Below are positions 51,222 to 63,400 of a DNA stretch of 64,000 nucleotides, piece by piece (position 1 is the stretch's first letter; each line of letters begins with the position of its first letter). Source of the stretch: Cyanophora paradoxa CCMP329. Lineage: Eukaryota; Plantae; Glaucophyta. The notes beneath the pieces are model-generated. The model ran no database searches. It saw only the letters and a list, made by a program, of their open reading frames with translations, and was not told the DNA's origin. Location: contig QPMI01000477.1 in NCBI GenBank assembly GCA_004431415.1, forward strand, positions 372,001-436,000, in the 5' to 3' direction. The position numbers and the translations under genes were made by a program.

Positions 51222-53660
51222 TTTTTTTTTTTTTTTTGGTGAATTACCGGCCACAGTCTCTAGACACCAGCACTGCGGGGGCTGCCCAGGGGGCATAAAG
51301 ACAAAAAAGCAAAATAACTAAGACAAGAGCACGAAGAAAGATAAGACAAAGAGCCAAAATCGACAATAAAAAAGGAAAGACACAGAGCTCGAGACAGATC
51401 GATAGCGAGAAGAGACGATAAATCGAGCAGATCTAGGGACAGAGGATAACTGACACGAAGAAGAGCCAGAGCTAGAGATACCATCAATATCAGAAGGAAT
51501 TACATCACTAAGAAGCGGGGGACAAAATTGAGAAAGATAAATAACAGGAAGAAGACAAGTAAGAGGAACAACAAGACGACATGGAGGCGGAGGCGAAGCA
51601 GGACGATGCGAAAGGGCAGAGCTACGGCACGAGGTCGAGGAGGACACAGGAGGCGGAGCAGGCGGATCAAGAGCAGGCAAAAGGACAGTCAAAGGAATCA
51701 CTAAAGCCGGCCAGGGTCGAGGCGGGCAATCGAACTGCAAACGACGGCGAACAACAGGTCGAGCACGAGGACTATAGCTAGTATTGAAACTAACTCTAGC
51801 ATCAACACTACGATCAGAATCCGAACCAGACCGAACTAAACTAGAAGACGAAGAAGTACGCCGGCGCCGGCGGGATACGATCGCGACCAGCGAAGCAGAA
51901 GACGAAGGCAAAGGCGGCAGTCCGGTATCAAGAACAAAGGCCGGAGGGTCCGGCCCGGCAAACCGCCGGGGGAAGTAGAAGGAGCCGCAGGCTCGGCAAG
52001 CCGGCGACGGGTACGACCACGAGTCCGGGAGGAGATCGGGGAAGCCGGTCCGGAGCTGAGGGCCCAGGAGCAGAGCCAGGAGAAGGTAAGCCCGGCGAGA
52101 AATCTGACCCGGAGCCGGAACCCAGCGAACGACGACGACGAAGAGGCCCCCGAGGAGCCACGACGGGGGAGCTACCGAGCAAAGTACTGACAGCCGGCGC
52201 CGAACACGGCGGCGGAGGTACCCCGCAGACAGTGGCAGGCGGAGAGTCCAGGGTCGATCGAGAGATCCGCCGACGGGAATGCGGCGGGGGCCGACGAGAC
52301 GGAAGAGGCCTAGGCGAGGAGGGGCCGAGGAAGGGTCGGAGGCAGGGGAAGGGCCGCGAGCAGGTGACGGGGATCGCTGCCGGCGCCGAAGAGAGGGCAG
52401 CGAAGCTGGAGAAAGGTCGGGTGGCGCCGGATCAGATGACACGGAGGTCATGGCCATGGGCGGCGCAGAGAGAGACGAGCTCGAGGGCGCAAGGGCCCGA
52501 CGAGGGCGCCGGCGGCGAATCTCACGAGCGCCAGGAAGCGGGATAGGACCCGCATATGGGACCCGAGGCGCCGAAGGGGAGCAGGGAGCCGGAATGACGG
52601 GGAGACCGAAAAGAGGACAGTCTCGCCAACACTCGGAAGCGGGGCAGAGGCCGAGGACCCGGAGCTCGAGGGGGGAGGGAGGGCGGAGGAGGAGAGAGAA
52701 GGCGGCTATTCGAAGGGTATGGAGAATCGAGAGCGGAGGCGAGGGAGGCCGAAGTGATGGCGAGCTCTGGAGGCGAGGGGGCCTGCAAGCGGATCCGGGA
52801 AAGTGGATGCAGATGCAAAGAGACCGGGGACGTAGAGGCGGTAGGGGCATGCAAAAAGATAGTGCCGCCCAGCGTCACAGTTGCAGAAGCGGGGGCAAGA
52901 AGGATGGGCTGAAGAGGGGGCTGAACCAGGAGGACGTCAGAAAGAGGGCCTCGCAGGGGCGGAAGTGGAGGAGCAAGGGGAAGAGGTAAGAAGGGGTATG
53001 GAGCTGCAAGATGACCAGGGACCTGCCGGGGAACAGGCAAGTGAAGAGGCCCCGTGACAGCAAGTTGTAAGGAGGGAGGAGGCAGAGGCGGGGCCAGAGG
53101 GCCAAGGAGCACAGGGATCGGGACCGCAGGGAATGGGGGAAAGGAGCGTCGAGAGGGGCAGCGAGAGCAGGAATAGGAATGGGCCCAAGGGTCACTACAG
53201 GGGCCAGAGCAGGAGGGGACGGCGCAGGAGGCGGGCGACCACCAGGGATCCCCAACGGGACATTCCCACGAACGGCAAACTCCGCAGGATTCCGGAGGAC
53301 AGAATCGATGTCACGCGAAGAGACGAGGTTGTCAGCACCGCCCGAAGAAGGAGCGCCGGACGAGTCAGAATCAGAGCTTGAACTAGAACGATGAGAACCG
53401 GTACCAGACTCTGAATCATGTGCGTCATCATCCGAGGCAGCCTGATCATCAGCGTCAGCAGCAGCCAAGCGAGCGCGCCGCTCCTCCAACAATTGCCGAT
53501 CGAATCCGCGCCAATTGCAAAAACCGATATACCTATATATATCATAACATATAATTTTAGTTGCGCTCAGATTGATATATATCCGACAGGGCGGCCGGCG
53601 ATTCGCCGATTCTCCGATACACACGAACACACGGGACGCGTCTTGATTCTTCGACATGAT
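51222..53660 (-). mobile_element. Putative poly(A)-tailed, non-autonomous or degenerate retroelement; 5' boundary uncertain
   Basis: A T-run at 51222-51237 abuts a terminus that is repeated at 15.2 kb. The + strand is strongly purine-skewed for about 2.2 kb. Minus-strand ORFs are Pro/Ser/Leu-rich with one CRACG, and no RT motif was recognised. Confidence 0.5.
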
Positions 53661-53981
53661 TTCGGATTTGATTGATCGAACACAGATCTGTCGCGGCCGC
53701 GATCGCGATCATCGAATCGACCGATCGCGGATCGCGATTCGCGATGATCCGCGCCGATGATCGCGCGAATTCGAATCGCGCGGCGCGCGATCCCATGATC
53801 GGATCATGATCAGTCACTGACTCAGTGAGTCGCCGTCGTCGGGCCGACGTCGGCCCGGCCCGTCGAGTCGGCCGCCGCTGTCGGCGTCGACTCGCCGATC
53901 CGATATCGATGATCCGATGATCATCGATATCGAACGTTAACTTCGGGGCGGCAACCCCAGCCCGTGCTAGCCGCAGTACTA

Positions 53982-54224
53982 CCGTGTGGCAGTGTGGCAC
54001 TAAATTACCGCGGAATGCGCATAAATTACCGCGTTAGAAACTGGTCGAATTCGCCCAAAACTGGAATTGCCGTGGCGATAAATTGCCGAAACTCTGGATT
54101 TCAAGTTTCTTCTATGGCGGCGGTTTAGCCCTACCCCCTGAAATTGCCGAATTCGGCCCGGCCTGTCGGCAATATTAATTTTTTACGGCAATTTGAAGCC
54201 ACGGCTAAATAAGCAAGCCTACAG
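53982..54224. mobile_element. Degenerate MITE flanked by TA
   Basis: TA|CCGTGT ... CCTACAG|TA, with internal homology to 50706-50891. Confidence 0.5.
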
Positions 54225-54485
54225 TACAAGCCTGCCTTGAGTTGCTCCGCACTGAGTCCGCATGCGCAGCCGCTTTTCATGAGCGTAGGCGTTCCAACTT
54301 CCAAGTTCGAATTCCAACTTCCAACTTCCGAACTTCCTTGATCATGCCATGATGAGAATCGATGATGAGCTCGAGATGCGCGTGCGCGACAACGAGCGGA
54401 CGCCCCTGCATAATCATGAGCTCGAGGCGCTGATGATGACTGCAGCCTAGGCCTCCAGTATAGATAAATCACGTGCACTGCAGAA

Positions 54486-57400
54486 ATGCGGAGACGTCGA
54501 TACGAAGGAAGCGCGGAGCCGCGATGCACATGTACGCCATCATACGCGGAGCTAGCTGTGTCTATAGTCAGCCTTATCGCCATCATTTCACTTTGCGGGA
54601 ACTTCGCATGTGCTACGGGTGCGCCGCGCCCGCCTTGCGATCGGCCGCATTTACACGTTGCCCTATGATGCATATGCATACGTATATGTATACGGCGTGC
54701 GCAACGAGTCTCGCAGCTGATAATGGAGGTGTCTGGAGAGCCGAGGACCACGAGGCACACGCGCGCGTGGAGCCAGCGGGCGGAGCCTCCATGCGAAAGG
54801 TCCTGCAGCTGCAGGCCGAAGAAGGAAGCGATCCCTATTCTGAAAACCTCTGGGGCTCCCTCGCGCTGGAGCTCGGCCCGTCGGCGGCGCAGGCGGACGG
54901 CTCGTCGGCCCTCGAGTGCGAGCGGGCGTGGGCCCCCGCCGACAGCGCCCTCGACTGCACCTTCAGCCCGCGGCGCGGCAACGCTCCCATCGCCGTCGAG
55001 GCCGCCGCGTGCGCCGCCCGCCTCGCGCAGGCCCCAATGCAATCGATCGACGGGCTCCCGCGCGCAGGTTTGCGGTGCAGCTGACGAGCGGCGAGGCGAG
55101 CCGGACGGTGTTCCTGTCGGGGGCGAGCGCGTCGTCGTTCGCGTTCTCGGTGCCGGTGGCGGGCGTGCTCGGCCGGGCGCAGCTGCGCGCGTACCTCGCG
55201 GCGACGGGGCGCGTCGTGGGCCGCCCGCTCGACGTCGAGGCCGTCGGTGCAGAGCCGCCCTGCGTCACAGGTCAAAATTCATCCAAGTCATTGACGATGC
55301 ATATATGGGACCGCGCGCAGAGAGTCCAGACAGCACGTCGGAGCTCGACTGCGGGGCGCGGCTGCGAGCCCCGGCCAGCCGGTCCAATGCAGTGCGACCG
55401 CCCATCATGGCGTCTCGAATCCGGACCATGTGTTGCCAGAGTGCCGACACCGCGCCGCGCAGCGCTGTACCCGCGGTCGATGGGGCGGGCGGTCGCGGTC
55501 GAGTCGGAGCGCGTGCTGGTGAGCGGCGTGAACGGGACCGCGCAGCTGCAGCTGGCGGCGGGAGGCGCGGGCGCCAGCCTGGCGGGCGCTGGAGGCGTCG
55601 GGATCACATTAATATTCTGGCCGTCCACGGGGCCGAACTCAAACACGAGTGGCGGGGCGGTGCGGGCGTTCGTGGATCGGCGGCGCTGTACAGCGAGTTC
55701 GTCTTCTTCGGTACGCCTGACAGGCCCCGCCCTCCTTGCCGGATGGGATATAAGTTTGCGGCGCCGCGCGCGCGAATATTAATGCGATCCCTGACCGTTC
55801 TTCGCCTGTGCAGAGCTGAACATGTACGTGGCCGCGAAACCGAGCCCCGCCGCTGCGGGCAGCAACACAACGGCACCGCCGACGTCGGCGACGCCCTCGC
55901 CAGTCGTGCGCCCCTGATCGTTGCGGTCGGCGACTGTGCTCGCGCCCCCTCACTCGATTCGCAGCCGTCGCCGTCGCCCGCGGGAGCGCCGGCGCCCAGC
56001 GCCACGCCCGCGCACGTCCCCGTCCCACCGCCGACGCCTGCACCAGCTCCGTCGCCAGCTGTGAACGCCTCTGTGTGCCGGGGAAATGCTGCGACGAGCT
56101 TGCTTCGACATTGAGGGAAGCATGATGCGATTTCGCGCAGGCGTCTGCAGGGGGAGACGATGCATACGCCTACCCGGGCGATCTGTGGAGCATCCTCGCG
56201 CTGGAGCTCGGCCCGTCGGCGGCGCAGGCGGACGGCTCGTCGGCCCTCGAGTGCGAGCGGGCGTGGGCCCCCGCCGACGGCGCCCTCGACTGCACCTTCA
56301 GCCCGCGGCGCGGCAACGCTCCCATCGCCGTCGAGGCCGCCGCGTGAGCCGCCTCGCTTTCGCGCAGGCCGCCCTGCAGCCGATCGACGGCTCCCGCGCG
56401 CAGATTCGCGGTGCAGCTGACGAGCGGCGAGGCGAGCCGGACGGTGTTCCTGTCGGGGGCGAGCGCGTCGTCGTTCGCGTTCTCGGTGCCGGTGGCGGGC
56501 GTGCTCGGCCGGGCGCAGCTGCGCGCGTACCTCACGGCGACAGGGCGCGTCGTGGGCCGCCCGCTCGACGTCGAGGCCGTCGGTGCAAAGCCGCCATGCC
56601 TCACAGGCCGAGCGGCAGCCGAATCGTTGACGACGGGCCCGCGCGCAGAGAGTCCCGACAGCACGTCGGAGCTCGACTGCGGGGCGCGGCTGCGAGCCCC
56701 CGGCCAGCCGGTCCAATGCAGTGCGCTCGCCCATCTCGAAACCGAACCGTGCGTGGCCAGAGTGCCGACACCGCGCCGCGCAGCGCTGTACCCGCGGTCG
56801 ATGGGGCGGGCGGTCGCGGTCGAGTCGGAGCAGGTGCTGGTGAGCGGCGTGAACGGGACCGCGCAGCTGCAGCTGGCGGCGGGAGGCGCGGGCTCCAGCC
56901 TGACGGGCGCTGGAGGCGTCGGGATCACATTAATATTCTGGCCGTCCACGGGGCCGAACTCAAACACGAGTGGCGGGGCGGTGCGGGCGTTCGTGGGATC
57001 GGCGGCGCTGTACAGCGAGTTCGTCTTCTTCGGTACGTATACGCCCGTCAGGCGCCGCCCTCGTTGTTGGATGGGTGTTTTGCGGCGGGGCGCGCACGCG
57101 AATCCGTTCCCTCACCGTTTTGCCTGTGCAGAGATGAACATGTACATGACCGCGAAACCGAGCCCCGCCGCTGCGGGCAGCAACACAACGGCACCGCCGA
57201 CGTCGGCGACGCCCTCGCCAGTCGTGCGCCCCTGATCGTTGCGGTCGGCGACTGTGCTCGCGCCCCCTCACTCGATTCGCAGCCGTCGCCGTCGCCCGCG
57301 GGAGCGCCGGCGCCCAGCGCCACGCCCGCGCACGTCCCCGTCCCACCGCCGACGCCTGCACCAGCTCCGTCGCCAGCTGTGAACGCCTCTGTGTGCCGGG

Positions 57401-60400
57401 GAAATGCTGCGACGAGCTTGCTTCGACATTGAGGGAAGCATGATGCGATTTCGCGCAGGCTTCTGCAGGGGGAGACGATGCATACGCCTACCCGGGCGAT
57501 CTGTGGAGCATCCTCGCGCTGGCGCTCGGCCCGTCGGCGGCGCAGGCGGACGGCTCGTCGGCCCTCGAGTGCGAGCGGGCGTGGGCCCCCGCCGACGGCG
57601 CCCTCGACTGCACCTTCAGCCCGCGGCGCGGCAACGCTCCCATCGCCGTCGAGGCCGCCGCGTGAGCCGCCTCGCTTTCGCGCAGGCCGCCCTGCAGCCG
57701 ATCGACGGCTCCCGCGCGCAGATTCGCGGTGCAGCTGACGAGCGGCGAGGCGAGCCGGACGGTGTTCCTGTCGGGGCGAGCGCGTCGTCGTTCGCGTTCT
57801 CGGTGCCGGTGGCGGGCGTGCTCGGCCGGGCGCAGCTGCACGCGTACCTCACGGCGACAGGGCGCGTCGTGGGCCGCCCGCTCGACGTCGAGGCCGTCGG
57901 TGCAAAGCCGCCATGCCTCACAGGCCGAGCGGCAGCCGAATCATTGAACGATGGGCCCGCGCGCAGAGAGCCCGGACAGCACGTCGGAGCTCGACTGCGG
58001 GGCGCGGCTGCGAGCCCCGGCCGACCGGTCCAATGCAGTGCGCTCGCCCGTCTTGAAACCGAACCGTGCGTGGCCAGAGTGCCGACACCACGCCGCGCAG
58101 CGCTGTACCCGCGGTCGATGGGGCGGGCGGTCGCGGTCGAGTCGGAGCGCGTGCTGGTGAGTGGCGTGAACGGGACCGCGCAGCTGCAGCTGGCGGCGGG
58201 AGGCGCGGGCGCCAGCCTGGCGGGCGCTGGAGGCGTCGGATCACATTAATATTCTGGCCGTCCACGGGGCCGAACTCAAACACGAGTGGCGGGGCGGTGC
58301 GGGCGTTCGTGGGATCGGCGGCGCTGTACAGCGAGTTCGTCTTCTTCGGTACGTATACGCCCGTCAGGCGCCGCCCTCGTTGTTGGATGGGTGTTTTGCG
58401 GCGGGGCGCGCACGCGAATCCGTTCCCTCACCGTTCTTTGCCTGTGCAGAGATGAACATGTACATGACCGCGAAACCGAGCCCCGCCGCTGCGGGCAGCA
58501 ACACAACGGCACCGCCGACGTCGGCATCGCCCTCGCCAGTCGTGCGCCCCTGATCGTTGCGGTCGGCGACTGTGCTCGCGCCCCCTCACTCGATTCGCAG
58601 CCGTCGCCGTCGCCCGCGGGAGCGCCGGCGCCCAGCGCCACGCCCGCGCACGTCCCCGTCCCACCGCCGACGCCTGCACCAGCTCCGTCGCCAGCTGTGA
58701 ACGCCTCTGTGTGCCGGGGAAATGCTGCGACGAGCTTGCTTCGACATTGAGGGAAGCATGATGCGATTTCGCGCAGGCGTCTGCAGGGGGAGACGATGCA
58801 TACGCCTACCCGGGCGATCTGTGGAGCATCCTCGCGCTGGAGCTCGGCCCGTCGGCGGCGCAGGCGGACGGCACGTCGGCCCTCGAGTGCGAGCGGGCGT
58901 GGGCCCCCGCCGACGGCGCCCTCGACTGCACCTTCAGTCCGCGGCGCGGCAACGCTCCCATCGCCGTCGAGGCCGCCGCGTGCGCCGCCCGCCCTCGCGC
59001 AGGCCGCCCTGCAGTCAATTGACGGCTTCCCGCGCCCAGGTTCGCGGTGCAGCTGACGAGCGGCGAGGCGAGCCGGACGGTGTTCCTGTCGGGGGCGAGC
59101 GCGTCGTCGTTCGCGTTCTCGGTGCCGGTGGCGGGCGTGCTCGGCCGGGCGCAGCTGCGCGCGTACCTCGCGGCGACGGGGCGCGTCGTGGGCCGCTCGC
59201 TCGACGTCGAGACCGTCGGTGCGGAGCCGCCCTGCAGCTGCATCACAGACCAAATGACAGCCGAATCGTTGACGACGGGCCCGCGCGCAGAGAGTCCCGA
59301 CAGCACGTCGGAGCTCGACTGCGGGGCGCGGCTGCGAGCCCCCGGCCAGCCGGTCCAATGCAGTGCGCGCGCCCATCTCGAAACCGAACCGTGCGTGGCC
59401 AGAGTGCCGACACCACGCCGCGCAGCGCTGTACCCGCGGTCGATGGGGCGGGCGGTCGCGGTCGAGTCGGAGCAGGTGCTGGTGAGCGGCGTGAACGGGA
59501 CCGCGCAGCTGCAGCCGGCGGCGGGAGGCGCGGGCGCCAGCCTGACGGGCGCTGGAGGCGTCGGGATAACGTTCCGGCCAAGCAGCGCCGCGGGGGCGAA
59601 CGCGAGCGGCGGGGCGGTGCGGGCATTCGTGGGATCGGCGGCGCTGTACAGCGAGTTCGTCTTCTTCGGTATGTATACGCGCGTCAGGCCCCGCCATCCT
59701 GGCCATGGCCCATGGCCGGATGGGACTTAGTTTTGCGGCGGGGCGTGCTCGAATCCGATCTCTGACCGTTTTTCGCCTGTGCAGAGCTGAACATGTACAT
59801 GGCCGCGAAACCGAGCCCCGCCGCTGCGGGCAGCAACGCAACGGCGCCGTCGACGTCGGCAACGCCCTCGCCCTCGCCAAGCCAGCACCTAGCTACAGAG
59901 CCGTCGGCAACGGCAAGCCCGACCGCGTCCCCATCAAGCACAGCGCTAGCAAGCCCGTCGCCGTCGCCGAGCCTGCAGGCAGAGCTGTCGGCGACGGCAA
60001 GCCCGACCGCGTCTCCGTCGAGCACAGCGCTAGCAAGCCCGTCGCCGTCGCCGAGCCTGCAGCCAGAGCTGTCGGCGACGGCAAGCCCGACCGCGTCTCC
60101 GTCAGGCACAGCGAGCCCGTCGCCGTCGCCGAGCCTGCAGCCAGAGCCATCGGCGACGGCAAGCCCGACCGCGTCTCCATCGATCACAGCGCTAGCAAGC
60201 CCGCGGCCGTCGCCGTCGCCGAGCCTGCAGGCAGAGCTGTCGGCAACGGCAAGCCCGACCGCGTCTCCGTCGAGCACAGCGCTTGCAAGCCCGTCGCCGT
60301 CGCCGCGCCTGCAGCCAGAGCCATCGGCGACGGCAAGCCCGACCGCGTCTCCGTCGAGCACAGCGCTAGCAAGCCCGTCGCCGTCGCCGAGCCTGCAGCC

Positions 60401-63400
60401 AGAGCTGTCGGCGACGGCAAGCCCGACCGCGTCTCCGTCAGGCACAGCGAGCCCGTCGCCCTCGCCAAGCCTGCAGTCCGAGCCATCGGCGACGGCAAGC
60501 CCGACCGCGTCTCCGTCGGGCACAGTGAGCCCGTCGCCGTCGCCAAGCCTGCAGTCCGAGCCGTCGGCGACGGCAAGCCCGACCGCATCTCCAACCAGCG
60601 CAGCGAGCCCGTCGCCGCCGCCAAGCCTGCAGCTGCAGGCAGAGCCGTCGGCAACGGCAAGCCCGACCGCGTCTCCATCGAGCTTGAGCACAGCGAGCCC
60701 GTCGCCGTCGCCGAGCCTGCAGGCAGAGCCGTCGGCAACGGCAAGCCCGACCGCGTCTCCGTCGAGCACAGCGAGCCCGTCGCCGTCGGCAACAGCAAGC
60801 CCGTCGCCGTCGGCAACGGCAAGCCCGACCGCGTCTCCGTCGAGCACAGCGAGCCCGTCGCCGTCGGCAACAGCAAGCCCGTCGCCGTCGGCAACTGCAA
60901 GCCCGACCGTGTCTCCATCAAGCACAGCGAGCCCGTCGCCGTCGGCAACAGCAAGCCCGTCGCCGTCGGCAACGGCAAGCCCGACCGCGTCTCCGTCGAG
61001 CACAGCGAGCCCGTCGCCGTCGGCAACAGCAAGCCCGTCGCCGTCGGCAACTGCGAGCCCGACCGTGTCTCCATCAAGCACAGCAAGCCCGTCGCCGTCG
61101 GCAACAGCAAGCCCGTCGCCGTCGGCAACTGCAAGCCCGACCGCGTCTCCATCAAGCACAGCAAGCCCGTCGCCATCGGCAACAGCAAGCCCGTCGCCGT
61201 CGGCAACTGCAAGCCCGACCGCGTCTCCGTCGAGCACAGCGAGCCCGTCGCCGTCGGCAGCAGCAAGCCCGTCGCCGTCGGCAACGGCAAGCCCGACCGT
61301 GTCTCCATCAAGCACAGCAAGCCCGTCGCCGTCTCCAAGCGCGAAACCGTCGGCGACGGCAAGCCCGACCGCGTCTCCATCGAGCACACCGAAACCGAGC
61401 CCCTCGCCCTCTCATCAGCTGAACGTGAAATTGAAGCCGACACCGTCATCGTCGCCACTTCCGCATCCACCAACTCCGTCCGCGTCCCCGTCGAGCGTGC
61501 CTCTCGCGAACGGTGCTTTGCTTGCTTCCTCTCTCCAAGCTTTTGCAAGCTTGGTTTTTAAATATGAACATTCTAACTTGCTTTACGTGGTCATGGGTTG
61601 TAGTGTGTGGTCTGCAACTGCAGCCCGCATCTCTCCAGGCACGCCTTGTGGGGATCGATAAGGTCGAGGTTTCCTGGAGCCCTGCGGTCGCGGAGCCCCC
61701 GTCCGGCTGCTCTTCCCTTGTTGTCGGTCTGTTCGCGACGGGCGGCGCGTCCTCGCCTGCCGCCGCTGCTGCGCGGTGGCTCTCGGCGCCCCTTTGGACG
61801 TACAAGACGCCCGTGTTCCGCCTGTCCCTGTCGGATGCCGCTCGCATCGACGCCGGCGTGCTTTACATCGTCCGCGTTGTCGCCGAGTCGTTTGGTGGCG
61901 GCGACGGGCGTGATCCCAAGGCGCCGCCGCTCCCTTCCACTGTCTTGGAGTTTCCGCGTGCGTGGCATTTTAATTTCTGCGATAATTGCGCATGCGTTCA
62001 ATCTGAGATTCATGACGACGTGGAATCTGCTTGCATTCACAGTGACAGAGCCAAGGACAGCAGCTGCTTCGTACACGGTCCGCGCGACCGAAATCGGGAC
62101 CGGGTGGCTTAACCTTGTGTGGGGTGCGCCATCGTATCGGCTCGCAAACAAGGAACAGTTTTGCTCAATTCCGTGCAGAGTCCTTTGCTTTCAGTGAGGG
62201 TGCGTTCGGCGGCGCGCGGCCCGCGTCGGGATCTGGATCTGAGGCCGGCGCACTCGTCTTTGGGGCGGGTTGGGCCGAACCGCGCTTCACGGTCACCCTC
62301 TCCTCATCGGACGGCGCGCCACGATCGTGGGAGGGCCTCGCGGGCGCCGCGCACAACGCGACGGGTCTGCAACCCGGGGCGACGTACGGCGTGGCGGTGC
62401 GGCAGGGCTGGGTCGGCCTCTCGGAGTCGTTCCTCCTCGACAGCATACTTGCCCGCACCGCGTCGCAGACGGGTGAACTTTGATATTAATCTCGCTTGAA
62501 ATATCTGGGAGTTCTGCTTACTTGGACGACAGGCAACGCGACGGCGTCGGCCGTCGAGATCAGCTTGACGCTGCTCTTCTCCGACGCGGAGCTGGCGGAC
62601 CTCGTCGAAGTCGATCCGGACGCGAATTCCAACGCGAATTCCAACTCCAACGCCAACTCCAACGCGAATTCGAACGGAAATTCGAAAGGCAACGCCGGCG
62701 CTGGATCCAACTCGAACGCGGGCGCGAATTCGAAGGCGGAAACCGCACCAAGCGCTGTTGCCTTCACAATTACGTTCGACCTGCCCTGCTCCAGCCTTTC
62801 CGTGTGCCTTTCTTATCCATGTCGGGTATTTTATATATTTATTTATATCTCCGCGCAGGGCTCCCTGGCGAAACGAATGGTGCAATCGCTGACAGAGACG
62901 CTGGAGCTGGAGGCGGGGCAGCTCCGCTTCACCGGCATCCGCTGCGTCGCCGCCGCCTCACGCGCCCGCCGCCTTGCCGCCGGCGCCGCTGCGGGCGGCG
63001 ACCGCGTGCTGGCGGACTTCGTCGCGCGCGCCTCGGCGGAGGTGCAGTCGGCCGGCGCCGCGTCGACGGCGGCGGAGCTGCAGCGCATCGAAACGGCTCT
63101 GGCGGCGCCCGAAGTCGCCAAGAGCCTCGCCGAGGGCGGCGCCCCCGTCGTCCAGCTCGCCGTCAAGCCGGCGGCGACAGCGGCGCCCGCCTCCGCCCCT
63201 GCGGACTCGGCTTCTTCTTCTTCTGCGCCGACGTCGAAGCCCTCACAGACATCGTTATCGGATTCGGGCTCCGGCGGGCTGCCCCTCGCGGTCGTCGCTG
63301 GCGCGGCGGGCGGTGGAGCGGCTCTAGTGGCGGCCGTCATCGCAGCCGTCGTCCTCCGTCGCCGGCGGGCCGCCCGTCGTCGGCGTGGCTCCATTTCAGA

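Noticed and set aside
54850-61440. CRISPR-like array
   Set aside because: The repeats are contiguous coding units without unique spacers, there are no cas genes, and the context is eukaryotic.
59684-61661. Four long overlapping ORFs on both strands (e.g. LAVADGDG repeats)
   Set aside because: A stop-free coding minisatellite stays open in several frames. Only the S/P/T/A frame splices to the flanking exons.
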